Positions 11,846-22,339 of a stretch of 47,638 nucleotides of DNA are shown here, piece by piece (the first letter of the stretch is position 1; every line of letters begins with the position of its first letter). The stretch covers positions 88,684,032-88,731,669 of the forward strand of contig NC_068986.1 in NCBI RefSeq assembly GCF_001194135.2, written 5' to 3'. This stretch comes from Octopus bimaculoides (taxonomy: Eukaryota). Below the pieces are notes generated by a model that saw only the letters and a list, made by a program, of their open reading frames with translations, had not been told where the DNA came from and did not search any database. The translations under genes were made by a program, and so were the position numbers.

Positions 11846-13540
11846 CACTGGAGAACATTTCAAAAAAAAATTTTTAGTTGTCTTGCTTTTTACAATTAGT
11901 CCTACTTAATTTGGTGGTGTTGGGTACAGAAATGCCCCCAGAAATTTTCTATCATGTCATAATTTTTGTTAAACAGGAATTCATTTTTTTTTTACCAAAA
12001 AATGTCAATTTTGCCATTAAATGCAAAACTGAAATAAGAGACTAACACAAACCAAATAGTACTTTTTATTGTTTAACAAATATATTACATAAAATGTTTA
12101 ATTACACATCTTAGAATAGATATTTCTGTCAAATTGGAGTTTGAACTACTCAAGGAATAAACTTTCTCTTTGTTGCTTTATGTGAATAAATTGCATCATG
12201 ACAGTCTTTTTGCAGCGATCAACAGTAGACAGCACCATGTTGGTGTTCCACCTACCTTGATACTTAGTCCCTATGTTCTTGATGTCTTGGTGGAATCTTT
12301 TTCCTTGCTCTTCACTATTGCTTTAGGATTTTCAAGGAAGTAGTCCAGATGACTGTGCAGGAAATTTGATGGCTTCCTGTTTCTTAGGAACTCAGATACA
12401 ACTGCAACAAAAGCATTCCATGCTTCTTTTTCAATGCCAGACATGGTCTCCAAAAATAGCTCATCCTGCAATCATCACCTAATATGTGGCCCATCAAACA
12501 CTCCAACCTTATTTTTCTCACAAGACAAAGCTGAAAACTTTCTGCTTAAGTCACTGCCTCAGTGTTTCAGCATATGTTTTGCACACTATATGGGATGCCT
12601 AAGCTTTATCTTGTCACCCAGTTTCATGCTAAAGTGAGTAAGGAAGTAAGGTAAGCTTCCTTCACAAAATCTATGATTTTGTTTCACTGCCTAATCCAGA
12701 AATTAGCAGAAAACATTGGGACTGTTTTTACATTCTCTTCTCTCATAACTGACCGTATTTCTGAAATACAAAACATGTTCAAGCCAGTTGTCAGCTGGGA
12801 AAGCATTTTCAGAATAGTCAACAATTATAAGGTAAGTAAATGCAGATTTGTGATGGCAAAGTTCCATAAAGGGCATACATACCATGAGTCTTTTTACAGT
12901 TCTTTGACCATAATTCATGAAAAGTGACCTTGACCTATGTGACCTCACAATCAAAATATTAAGGGCACATTCAAAATATCAATTTTCATAAGAGACAGTT
13001 AAAAGTTCAACAAAACCTGTCTCATTTAGTTTGCAATGATAATCACACTAAATTAAGTAAAATGTGGGGATATTTGCAGATAAATTCTGCAAATATGAGA
13101 TGTATGGTGTCAAGGGCTGCAAAAAATATGTTGTTTCTTAACATTTAATAGTATAATGGACATTTCTGTCATCATCATGACATTTGAAACTGATTAGGTT
13201 GAAAATACTGATAGTTGCTCAAGTTTGATAATTTTTATTTACTAAAGATACTTAAATCATAACTTTTGTTTTCACTTTTGTTGTTGTATTTACTTTAAAT
13301 GACATTGAAAAACTATGTTTTCAAAGTTATGTCAAGCTCTATACATGGGTTCACATTTGATGAAGTCAAATCTATCCTTAGAAATGGTGAGAATACCGGA
13401 AATGTTGAAAAAGGGACATCTTAGTTTGTGAAAAATTTTGACATGATAGAGCAAAATGGGTTTCCCTTTTGAAATCAGCACCCCCAAATTAGTAGGAAAC
13501 ATATCTCCAACATCAGACAACAAAATGCTGTTCCCTAGTG
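11846..13540 (-). mobile_element. Internally deleted Chapaev3-like (CMC) DNA transposon in the last TDP1 intron
   Basis: Imperfect ~120-bp TIRs start CACTGGAGAACA and end TGTTCCCTAGTG; the flanks are TTA and TTG. Transposase remnants on the minus strand at about 12190-12560 read GVFDGPHIR**LQDELF..EKEAWNAF, FLHSHLDYF and SEEQGKRFHQDI..KYQGRWN. The family assignment is from motif recall. Confidence 0.8.
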
Positions 13541-13732
13541 TTGTTATTATTGTTTTTGAGTTAAAAAATCTTATTGAGGTCAATAAAATAAAGTACCAGT
13601 TAAGTAGTAAACCAATATAATCAACTGTTCTCAGCATCCCCACTTAGTATTTCTGGCCTTGTGCCTGTGTAAGAAATTATTTTCATGTTTTAATGTTTGA
13701 GTTCAATTTTATATTTCTATATTTCTTTACAG

Positions 13733-13812
13733 ATGAGCCATGGGTTTATGATATTGCACATAAAGAGCTTCCTGATTGCAATGGTATGATGTGGTGTCCA
13801 TCCCTCTTATAG
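13733..13812 (+). CDS. TDP1: TDP1 terminal coding exon
   Basis: Acceptor atttctttacag; the split codon G|AT restores D. It encodes DEPWVYDIAHKELPDCNGMMWCPSLL*, matching the TDP1 C-terminus (PW....PD..G.MW.PS). Stop TAG at 13810-13812. Confidence 0.94.
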
Positions 13813-14177
13813 TACACCAACCAATTTCCATCCTATACTTTTTTTCTTGTCAAGAAGACAAGGTCTGGCTGATTGACCAACTAACTTGAGAATTTAATTT
13901 CATCTCACTAATACTGCTAACATGACCACCACCACTATCACCAAATCACAAAAAAAAAAAACCTACAACAACAATAATAATGAAAAAAATGGTGTCCTCT
14001 GGAGTAATCTTACTTTGCTTCCTTCAGTGGCACTTTCGCAAATTATGCTACTGTAATCTACCTGAAGAGATTATTCCACAAATCCTTACTCTTAAGAAAC
14101 ACCTGAAATTCACACCCAAAGCACATAAGACAGGGGGAAACATTTGGAGGGTAGAGAATGCTGCAAACATTATTTGA

Positions 14178-14195
14178 AATAAAGAGTAAAATAAA
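14178..14195 (+). terminator. Candidate TDP1 polyadenylation signals (two AATAAA)
   Basis: AATAAA at 14178-14183 and 14190-14195, about 370 nt after the stop and followed by a T-rich tract. The hexamer is common in AT-rich DNA, so this is only a candidate. Confidence 0.4.
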
Positions 14196-14566
14196 ACCAT
14201 ATTAATTTTAAATATGATAATAATTATAATAATAATAGTAATCTTATTTTCCTTTTATTTTCTTAGATTTGTTTAATTGTTGCTACATTGATTTCCTGCA
14301 ATTCAATTCTTTTACTTTTAGATTTTCTCAATGACTTTATCAAATTATAAACCAGATCTCTAATACCCAGATTGTATCTTCATCTTTTATCTGTTACTTG
14401 TTTCATCATCAAACTGACACCATGCTGGGGCACTACCTTAAAGTACTTTTCAGTTGGTCAGATTGATCCCTGTACTTATTCTGTCAGTCTTTTTTGCTGA
14501 AATACTAAATTATGGAGATGTAGACAAACCAACACTGCTTATCAAGTGTTGGTGCAGGACAAAGTT

Positions 14567-14597
<31 letters not shown>

Positions 14598-15878
14598 TAT
14601 GTGTGTGTGTCTCTGTGTGTGTGTCTGTGTGTAAGAATAATATAACATGAGGATGGATGATATCAGGCTTTAAAAGATCACATTTGTTTTGCACTGCACA
14701 CCAGTTTTAAGTTGCTGAGTTTATATTCATATATACTATTATATTTATATACCACTATAAAAGATAATTTTTCTGACCATTTGTTGTCTCAGGGCTATAG
14801 TAGAAGACACTTGCCCAAGATGCAGTACAGTGGGATTGAACTTGAAACTATGGGGCTGTAGAGTGAACATTGTAACCACTCAGGTGTGCATGCACCTTCT
14901 TAACCACACAACCATGTCTTTTGGTTCTTCTTAAGAATATCAAATACTTTTAAGTGCATAGAAGCAAGTGTCATGTAAATACTTTTGCAAAAGTTATCTT
15001 GACTTAGCTTACTTTACCAATTCATAGTTGCCCACTTTTGTGATTGTCATTACCCTGTGTAACATGATTTTTGTCCTTGGGTAGCAAATGTTGTTTAGTA
15101 TTTGTTTACCCCTAGAAACTATGAAAAATGGCTAATATTTCCTTTAAACTTTGCTTTTGTTACATTTATTCAAACTCCAAAGAATCCCTCTCAACATATG
15201 TCTTTTCAACTACTCCAGCTCATAATCAGAGATGCACATATTGTGAGCCACTAAGGGACATGCTCTTATGGTCAAGCAACTGACAAGCAAATCTGTGGTA
15301 CTGAGCATAATGATATTTCTGCTTCAGCAACTCAGTGCTGAATCTGTCTGAAATGTAATGGAAAATAAGTTAGTTTCAAAACATTGATGTGCAGGTCAGA
15401 AAAGGTTTGAAGGGAATAGTACTCATTTCCTTTGATTTCTAGATTGAAGCAAATAGGAAATAATACTTACTGACCAGAGACAAAAAAAAATTGTTACACA
15501 GTGTTGTTTGAGTCTTCTCACATTGAACTTTCATTTCTTCAAGGTCTTGTTGTTTCTGGTTTTCTTATATTTGTTGCTCAAACTTCTAAAGCTGTTTTTA
15601 TCTTTTGCTTGTTTCAGTCATTGGAGTGCAGCCATGCTGGTGCACCACATTGAAGAGGGTTTTAGTCAAACAAATCAATCTCAATACTTTTTTTTTTTTA
15701 AGTCAGCTACNNNNNNNNNNNNNNNNNNNNNNNNNNNNNNNNNNNNNNNNNNNNNNNNNNNNNNNNNNNNNNNNNNNNNNNNNNNNNNNNNNNNNNNNNN
15801 NNNNNNNNNNNNNNNNNNNNNNNNNNNNNNNNNNNNNNNNNNNNNNNNNNNNNNNNNNNNNNNNNNNNNNNNNNNNNN

Positions 15879-15937
<59 letters not shown>

Positions 15938-16396
15938 TTTCCATTTACTAAATTCATTTACAAAGACCTTCATTGGTCTAGATGGCCTGAGGCTATAGTG
16001 GATGACACCTGATTAAAGTGCTGTGTAGTGGGACTGAACCTGAAATCACATAACTGCAAACCTAGCTTCTTAACCACTCAGTCATGTGTGTGGTTATGCC
16101 TACTAAATTTATTTTATTCTTCATACGGTTGACCATTGATCTCTGTAAGTGTGTTTTTCTATTTTCTATTTAAGGCTTACTTTTATTATATCATAAAGCT
16201 GTGATTCAAGTTGATCGCTGCTACTGTTCAAACTGTTTTGACATTGATTATCATTGGTATGGCTCTGTGGTTAAACAATTTGCTTCAGGTTCAGTTCCAC
16301 TGTGTGACACTTTCGGTTAAGTGTCTTCTGCTTTAGTCCAAGGCTAAACAAAGCATTGGGACTGGATTTGGTAGACAGAAACTGAAATAAGCTTTT

Positions 16397-16464
<68 letters not shown>

Positions 16465-16615
16465 TTATGCACGTGTGTATATGTGTGGCTGTCCGTGTGT
16501 TAAGAGATTTACTTCCTAAACACATGGTCTTATACTGTAACCTTGGGCTGACCAAAGCCTTGTCAGTGGATTTGGTACATGGAAACTGAAAGAAGTATGT
16601 ATGTATATATGTATG

Positions 16616-16970
16616 CACTTTAAGGACTGTGTCAAGTCCTCATTAAAGGCCTGTGATATGCAGGACACTGACTGGGAGAATAATGCCTGTCATCGCCACA
16701 GATGGAGGAAGCAGGTTAAGGAGGGGATCAACACTTTTGAGAGAGCACGTATCCAGCATGAAGAATTTAAGCGAGCTGCGCGAAAGTGTACGGCTCGTAT
16801 AGTGAATGGGGAAAGCTTAATCTGCAATGTTTGCAGTCTTATATGCTTATCAAGAGCAGGGCTCATTAGCCACCAATGGAGCCGTAAATGCAAAATGTAA
16901 GTTAGTACTAGAGCGCAGAATGTTCCTGAAGGTCGGCAATGGTCTTCCTCGGTCACGAGTGGACGGCCAT
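16616..16970 (+). mobile_element. RTE (BovB-like) LINE 3' fragment with C2H2 finger
   Basis: HFKDCVKSSLKAC..WENNACHRHRWRKQVKEGI...CNVCSLICLSRAGLISHQ. Confidence 0.85.
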
Positions 16971-17130
16971 CATATATNNNNNNNNNNNNNNNNNNNNNNN
17001 NNNNNNNNNNNNNNNNNNNNNNNNNNNNNNNNNNNNNNNNNNNNNNNNNNNNNNNNNNNNNNNNNNNNNNNNNNNNNNNNNNNNNNNNNNNNNNNNNNNN
17101 NNNNNNNTATATATATATATATATATGTGT

Positions 17131-17339
17131 GTTGCCAGTACTGCCTGACCGGCCTTCGTGCCGGTGGCACATAAAAGCACTCACTACACTCTCAGAGTGG
17201 TTGGCGTTAGGAAGGGCATCCAGCTGTAGAAACTCTGCCAAATCAGATTGGAGCCTGGTGTCGCCACCTGGTTCACCAGTCCTCAATCAAATCGTCCAAT
17301 CCATGCTAGCATGGAAAGCGGACGTTAAATGATGATGAG
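17131..17339 (+). mobile_element. (GAT)n-tailed SINE-like element, well-preserved copy
   Basis: Same family as 1-316, with CpGs retained. Confidence 0.85.
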
Positions 17340-19502
17340 ATACATAGATACATACATATATGTATGTGTGTGTTTGTGTCTTCCCCGCTCCCTCTTGACA
17401 ACTGGTGTCCCTGTAACCTAGTGGTTTGCCAAAATAGGCCAATAAAACAAGTACCAAGCTTTGGAAAAAAAAAGTACTGGGGTGATGCACTGGCATGGTC
17501 ACGGTTTAATGTCAGTAAAAAATAAAAGATGTGTGCCTGTATGTATATATGTGTGTGTTTTGCATGGAGGTGTGTTTGTATCTTCTTGTCTTGGCATCAA
17601 GCAATTGTTGTAAACGAGTGTCACCAGTATATGAGCAGTGTCCTTCATTTCCTTTTTCTGTGAAAATCTATCTAGCCATGAGGAAACTTCAACTGCTTGG
17701 AAACAGGTGAAGGTTGGCAAGAGGAAGAACCATCTGGCTGTAAAAAATCAGCCTCAATGAATTCTGTTTGACCCATACAAGCATGGATAATTTGATGTTA
17801 AAACAATGTGGCAGAATTGTTAGCACATTGGGTGAAATGCTTAGTGCTATTTTGTCTGTCTTTATGTTCTGAGTTCAAATTTTGTTGGGGTTAACTTTGC
17901 CTTTTATCCTTTTGCGGTTGATAAAATAAGTACCAGTTGAAAACTGGGGTTGATGTAATCGACTTAGCCCCTCTACTGGTCTTCTGCCAAAATTTGAAAC
18001 CAATATTCAAAGATTTCAGAAAAAAATTCTTGTTATTCTTTTAGCTGGCACTGTTTGAATATACTCCATAGTATACTTGTAGCCCATTGAAGAACCAACC
18101 ATTCATTCATTTTTGTGTTTGCAGTAAATCCATTTTTAACATGGGAATTTTTTTGTTCTAATATTTAGGATTTAAATGTGATTTCTGTTTACTTTTTTGT
18201 TTACTCTGGTCTTGGGTTCAGTCCTACTGCATGGTATTCTAGGTAAAGTGTCTTCAACTATATTTATGCCTTGTGAGTGAATCTAGTTCAGTGTTTCTTA
18301 ACCTATTTTCCCCCAGGCCCCGCTACATCTTTCCCCAAAAGATGAATGCCCCACCAGTGGTTGGAAAAAAAACAACTTTATTTTTTAATATTTTATTATG
18401 ATTATTTTATACAAAAGAATCTACCAGTAACTCTAGTACTGAGTACAAAAAAAGTACATTATTGACTAAGAAAAAAAAAAAGATTTTCACAATTCCATGT
18501 CTCACTGAAAAAAAAAAAAAAATTTGGATCTCATGCACCAACACAATTTATCAAGGTTCTACTGGTGGGGAATCACTGATCTAGTTGATGGAAACTGAAA
18601 GAAACCTGTTGTTTGTGTGTGTAAATATTTATGTGAGATGTTTTTGCTGTGTAAGAAGGGAAATTATTTTTAGCCCACTCTAGATGTTCTGAAATCTCTC
18701 TCTTTGCAACCAATTTTAGCATTATTTCTGAATAAAACCTCCGTATTCACTATAATATGAGTTGTGTATAGTGTAAGAGTAAAGGTGACTAAGTCAACTG
18801 GGTATTGGACAAATGGCCAAAAAAGTTATCAGTTCATATTCTGTTGATGGGTCCTATATTGTGATCACGGCAAAGATACTTGATTCACAAACCTCTCAGT
18901 TCACACAACATTGGTATAAATAACTGCTGTAAGCAATATTCCTGAGATTGGCATGGAATGGTAATGGCTCAGTAAGTTGCTCTGCTGTGAATCTCAAATT
19001 CTATTGACTGTAGACTAGGATCCACTAACTGACTTGGTTCGCTTTCAAATTTTATTCAGTCTTTGAATGATGATCATGTTCTGTGACAATTCTGTGTCAG
19101 GTGACGTGCTCAGAACCAGACAATTCTACATTGAATTCTTCATTCATAGGAATATATCACCAGGTTTAGACATCTATCACCAGGTATAGGATTGTGGTAT
19201 ACTCTGGAAGAGCTGAGTCTGCTAATATTTGGTAATAGTTTCAATTTTCATTTCCCCTCTATTCTATCAACTCTTCACAGTTGTTTTCCTTACATAAATT
19301 TTGTCAGACTGAACTTGTCTTGGATTCTTTACTTGAAGCAAAATCTTCGGTGGTGATGGTCATGACCCACTAGCACATTTAAGGTTATGGGTATATTTTT
19401 TATTCATATTACTACACCAAAAAGCACCATTCACTTTAATGGTTGAGAAATACAACTATAAAATCTCAAACACGAACTTACTTTTTAAAAGTCCTTTTTA
19501 CT

Positions 19503-19571
<69 letters not shown>

Positions 19572-19583
19572 NNNNNNNNNNNN

Positions 19584-19622
<39 letters not shown>

Positions 19623-19962
19623 ATGTATATATACACACTCAGAAAAGAAAGATATTGCTTGGTTGAAAACTATGATGATGATAACATTGATGATTTTATT
19701 AAGATTAGTAATAAAATTTACTTGTTTTGGGGGGAATATTGTGTTTTTTTTTATTTGTATAAACCCCGCTGTGTTTAATGTGTGATAGCGTGTATATATG
19801 TGTGTGTTTGGTTGCATGCATGAATATGGTGGTAAAGAAGCTTAAAAATGTAGTACAATGAGAAGTATGCTTTGTAGTATGTATCTGGTTTTGTTCAGAG
19901 TTCAAATTTCTCTACTGATATCGATATTTCTAAAATCTGTCCTGATAGTTACATTTGCTTCC

Positions 19963-19993
<31 letters not shown>

Positions 19994-20508
19994 CCTCGCA
20001 GAGGCAATGACAAGTGACTGAGACCTTGGCGATATGCTGTGCTTGAGAGGACTCCTCAAGCCAAGTGAGATGGTAGTCGTGACCGTTACCAGTGTCATGT
20101 AAATAGCATGCTATGTCTGTGACACAAAAAAGCCACCCATCCTCTCGGNNNNNNNNNNNNNNNNNNNNNNNNNNNNNNNNNNNNNNNNNNNNNNNNNNNN
20201 NNNNNNNNNNNNNNNNNNNNNNNNNNNNNNNNNNNNNNNNNNNNNNNNNNNNNNNNNNNNNNNNNNNNNNNNNNNNNNNNNNNNNNNNNNNNNNNNNNNN
20301 NNNNNNNNNNNNNNNNNNNNNNNNNNNNNNNNNNNNNNNNNNNNNNNNNNNNNNNNNNNNNNNNNNNNNNNNNNNNNNNNNNNNNNNNNNNNNNNNNNNN
20401 NNNNNNNNNNNNNNNNNNNNNNNNNNNNNNNNNTATATATATATATATATTAATATTTCTAAGACTGTCTAAAGGAGACTACGGCAGCGATACTGGATAT
20501 TAATAGAT

Positions 20509-20801
20509 ATCGCCAAGCTAACATGGCAGTCCAGAAAAATAGGACGTCACTACTGACCGTCTGTTCGAAGGATTATTTATCTGCTGGGTTTGGCTGCTCT
20601 ACATTGATAAGGGGCAAATACCTTGAAACTAGTCTGTAGATGCCAAATCAACAAGGGGAAGCAGCTGACCTCTCCTGTTCGAAGGTTATAATGGATACAG
20701 GTTCGTGTGTTACATAGCTAGCTGGAGGCGATGGCCTCTTAGAGCTAATCAAAGGCAGCATTCGTCCTATTTTTTCTGGACTGCCATGTTAGCTTGGCGA
20801 T
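20509..20801. mobile_element. ~290-bp element bounded by 38/39-bp inverted repeats and embedded in (TA)n
   Basis: atcgccaagctaacatggcagtccagaaaaataggacg (20509-20546) pairs with 20763-20801 (1-nt indel). An internal direct repeat ctgttcgaagg occurs at 20561 and 20675. Confidence 0.85.
20598..20640 (+). ncRNA. Minimal type I hammerhead motif with U3:A8 core variant
   Basis: UCUACA-UUGAUAA-GGGG CAAAUA CCUU-GAAA-C UA G U C-UGUAGA. Stem I is a perfect 6 bp, stem III is the palindrome ACUAGU, and the triplet is GUC (cleavage predicted after 20634). Confidence 0.72.
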
Positions 20802-20804
20802 GAA

Positions 20805-20844
<40 letters not shown>

Positions 20845-21457
20845 NNNNNNNNNNNNNNNNNNNNNNNNNNNNNNNNNNNNNNNNNNNNNNNNNNNNNNNN
20901 NNNNNNNNNNNNNNNNNNNNNNNNNNNNNNNNNNNNNNNNNNNNNNNNNNNNNNNNNNNNNNNNNNNNNNNNNNNNNNNNNNNNNNNNNNNNNNNNNNNN
21001 NNNNNNNNNNNNNNNNNNNNNNNNNNNNNNNNNNNNNNNNNNNNNNNNNNNNNNNNNNNNNNNNNNNNNNNNNNNNNNNNNNNNNNNNNNNNNNNNNNNN
21101 NNNNNNNNNNNNNNNNNNNNNNNNNNNNNNNNNNNNNNNNNNNNNNNNNNNNNNNNNNNNNNNNNNNNNNNNNNNNNNNNNNNNNNNNNNNNNNNNNNNN
21201 NNNNNNNNNNNNNNNNNNNNNNNNNNNNNNNNNNNNNNNNNNNNNNNNNNNNNNNNNNNNNNNNNNNNNNNNNNNNNNNNNNNNNNNNNNNNNNNNNNNN
21301 NNNNNNNNNNNNNNNNNNNNNNNNNNNNNNNNNNNNNNNNNNNNNNNNNNNNNNNNNNNNNNNNNNNNNNNNNNNNNNNNNNNNNNNNNNNNNNNNNNNN
21401 NNNNNNNNNNNNNNNNNNNNNNNNNNNNNNNNNNNNNNNNNNNNNNNNNNNNNNNNC

Positions 21458-21615
21458 GGGTTCCCTCAACTGTCAGGGAGTGGCACTTTTTCACGCAGCT
21501 ATCCTCATTCATTCTCACCACATGTCCAAACCAGCGCAATCGTCTCTCTTGCACACCACAACTGATGCTTCTAATGTTCAGCTTTTCTCTCAAGATACAC
21601 TCTGATGGGTATGCA
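21458..21615 (-). mobile_element. RTE/RTE-X-type LINE fragment
   Basis: REKLNIRSISCGVQERRLRWFGHVVRMNEDSCVKKC; truncated by the gap. Confidence 0.85.
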
Positions 21616-21644
21616 CATTTACATTACACATTCAGCGGAGCATA

Positions 21645-21692
<48 letters not shown>

Positions 21693-22264
21693 TACGTATG
21701 CATGCATTAAATGGTGCAGGTATGGAAACTTATATTCAGGACTTTAAGTTTCTGAGACAGAAATTTGATGATTGTTGCACGTCTTCAGCCGTTGTAAACC
21801 CGGTGCGTGTGGCACTATCGATTGCAAAATACTGAAAATGCACGCCTGGGGTGCCTTTAATTATAGATCTATGCGTATGTATGTAAGTGTAGATGCAATT
21901 ATGGTTGTGTGGTTAAGAAGTTCGCTTCCAAATCACATAGTTTTGGGTTCCATCCCATAGCGTGGTACCTTGGATAAGTTTCTCCTGTTATTGTTCCATT
22001 CTGACCAAAGCTTTGAGAGAATTTGATAGAAACGAAAAGAATTCCATCGTGTATGTGTGTGTGTTTCCTTGTCTTGATATCGCTTGATGGCTGTAAATGA
22101 GGATCATCGTTGTACAAGCGATGACGTCCTTTTCCAATTCTCCGTGTAAACATGCTCATCCATGAGAAAAATATTACTTTGCTTAGAGACTGGTAAAGGT
22201 TGGCATCCGGCTATAGAAAATTTGCCTTAGCGGATTTCGTCTGCTAAGGTTGGAAAAGTAGACG

Positions 22265-22330
<66 letters not shown>

Positions 22331-22339
22331 AGATAAAGC

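Noticed and set aside
18660-19440. Repeat-free block possibly coding
   Set aside because: The frames I translated were interrupted by stops and the track shows no ORF there; kept only as a possible UTR.
21736-21831. Phase-0 minus-strand terminal exon candidate (YFAIDSATRTGF...NLKS*)
   Set aside because: It is compatible with the 34277 donor, but such short AG-to-stop frames occur by chance and there is no homology.
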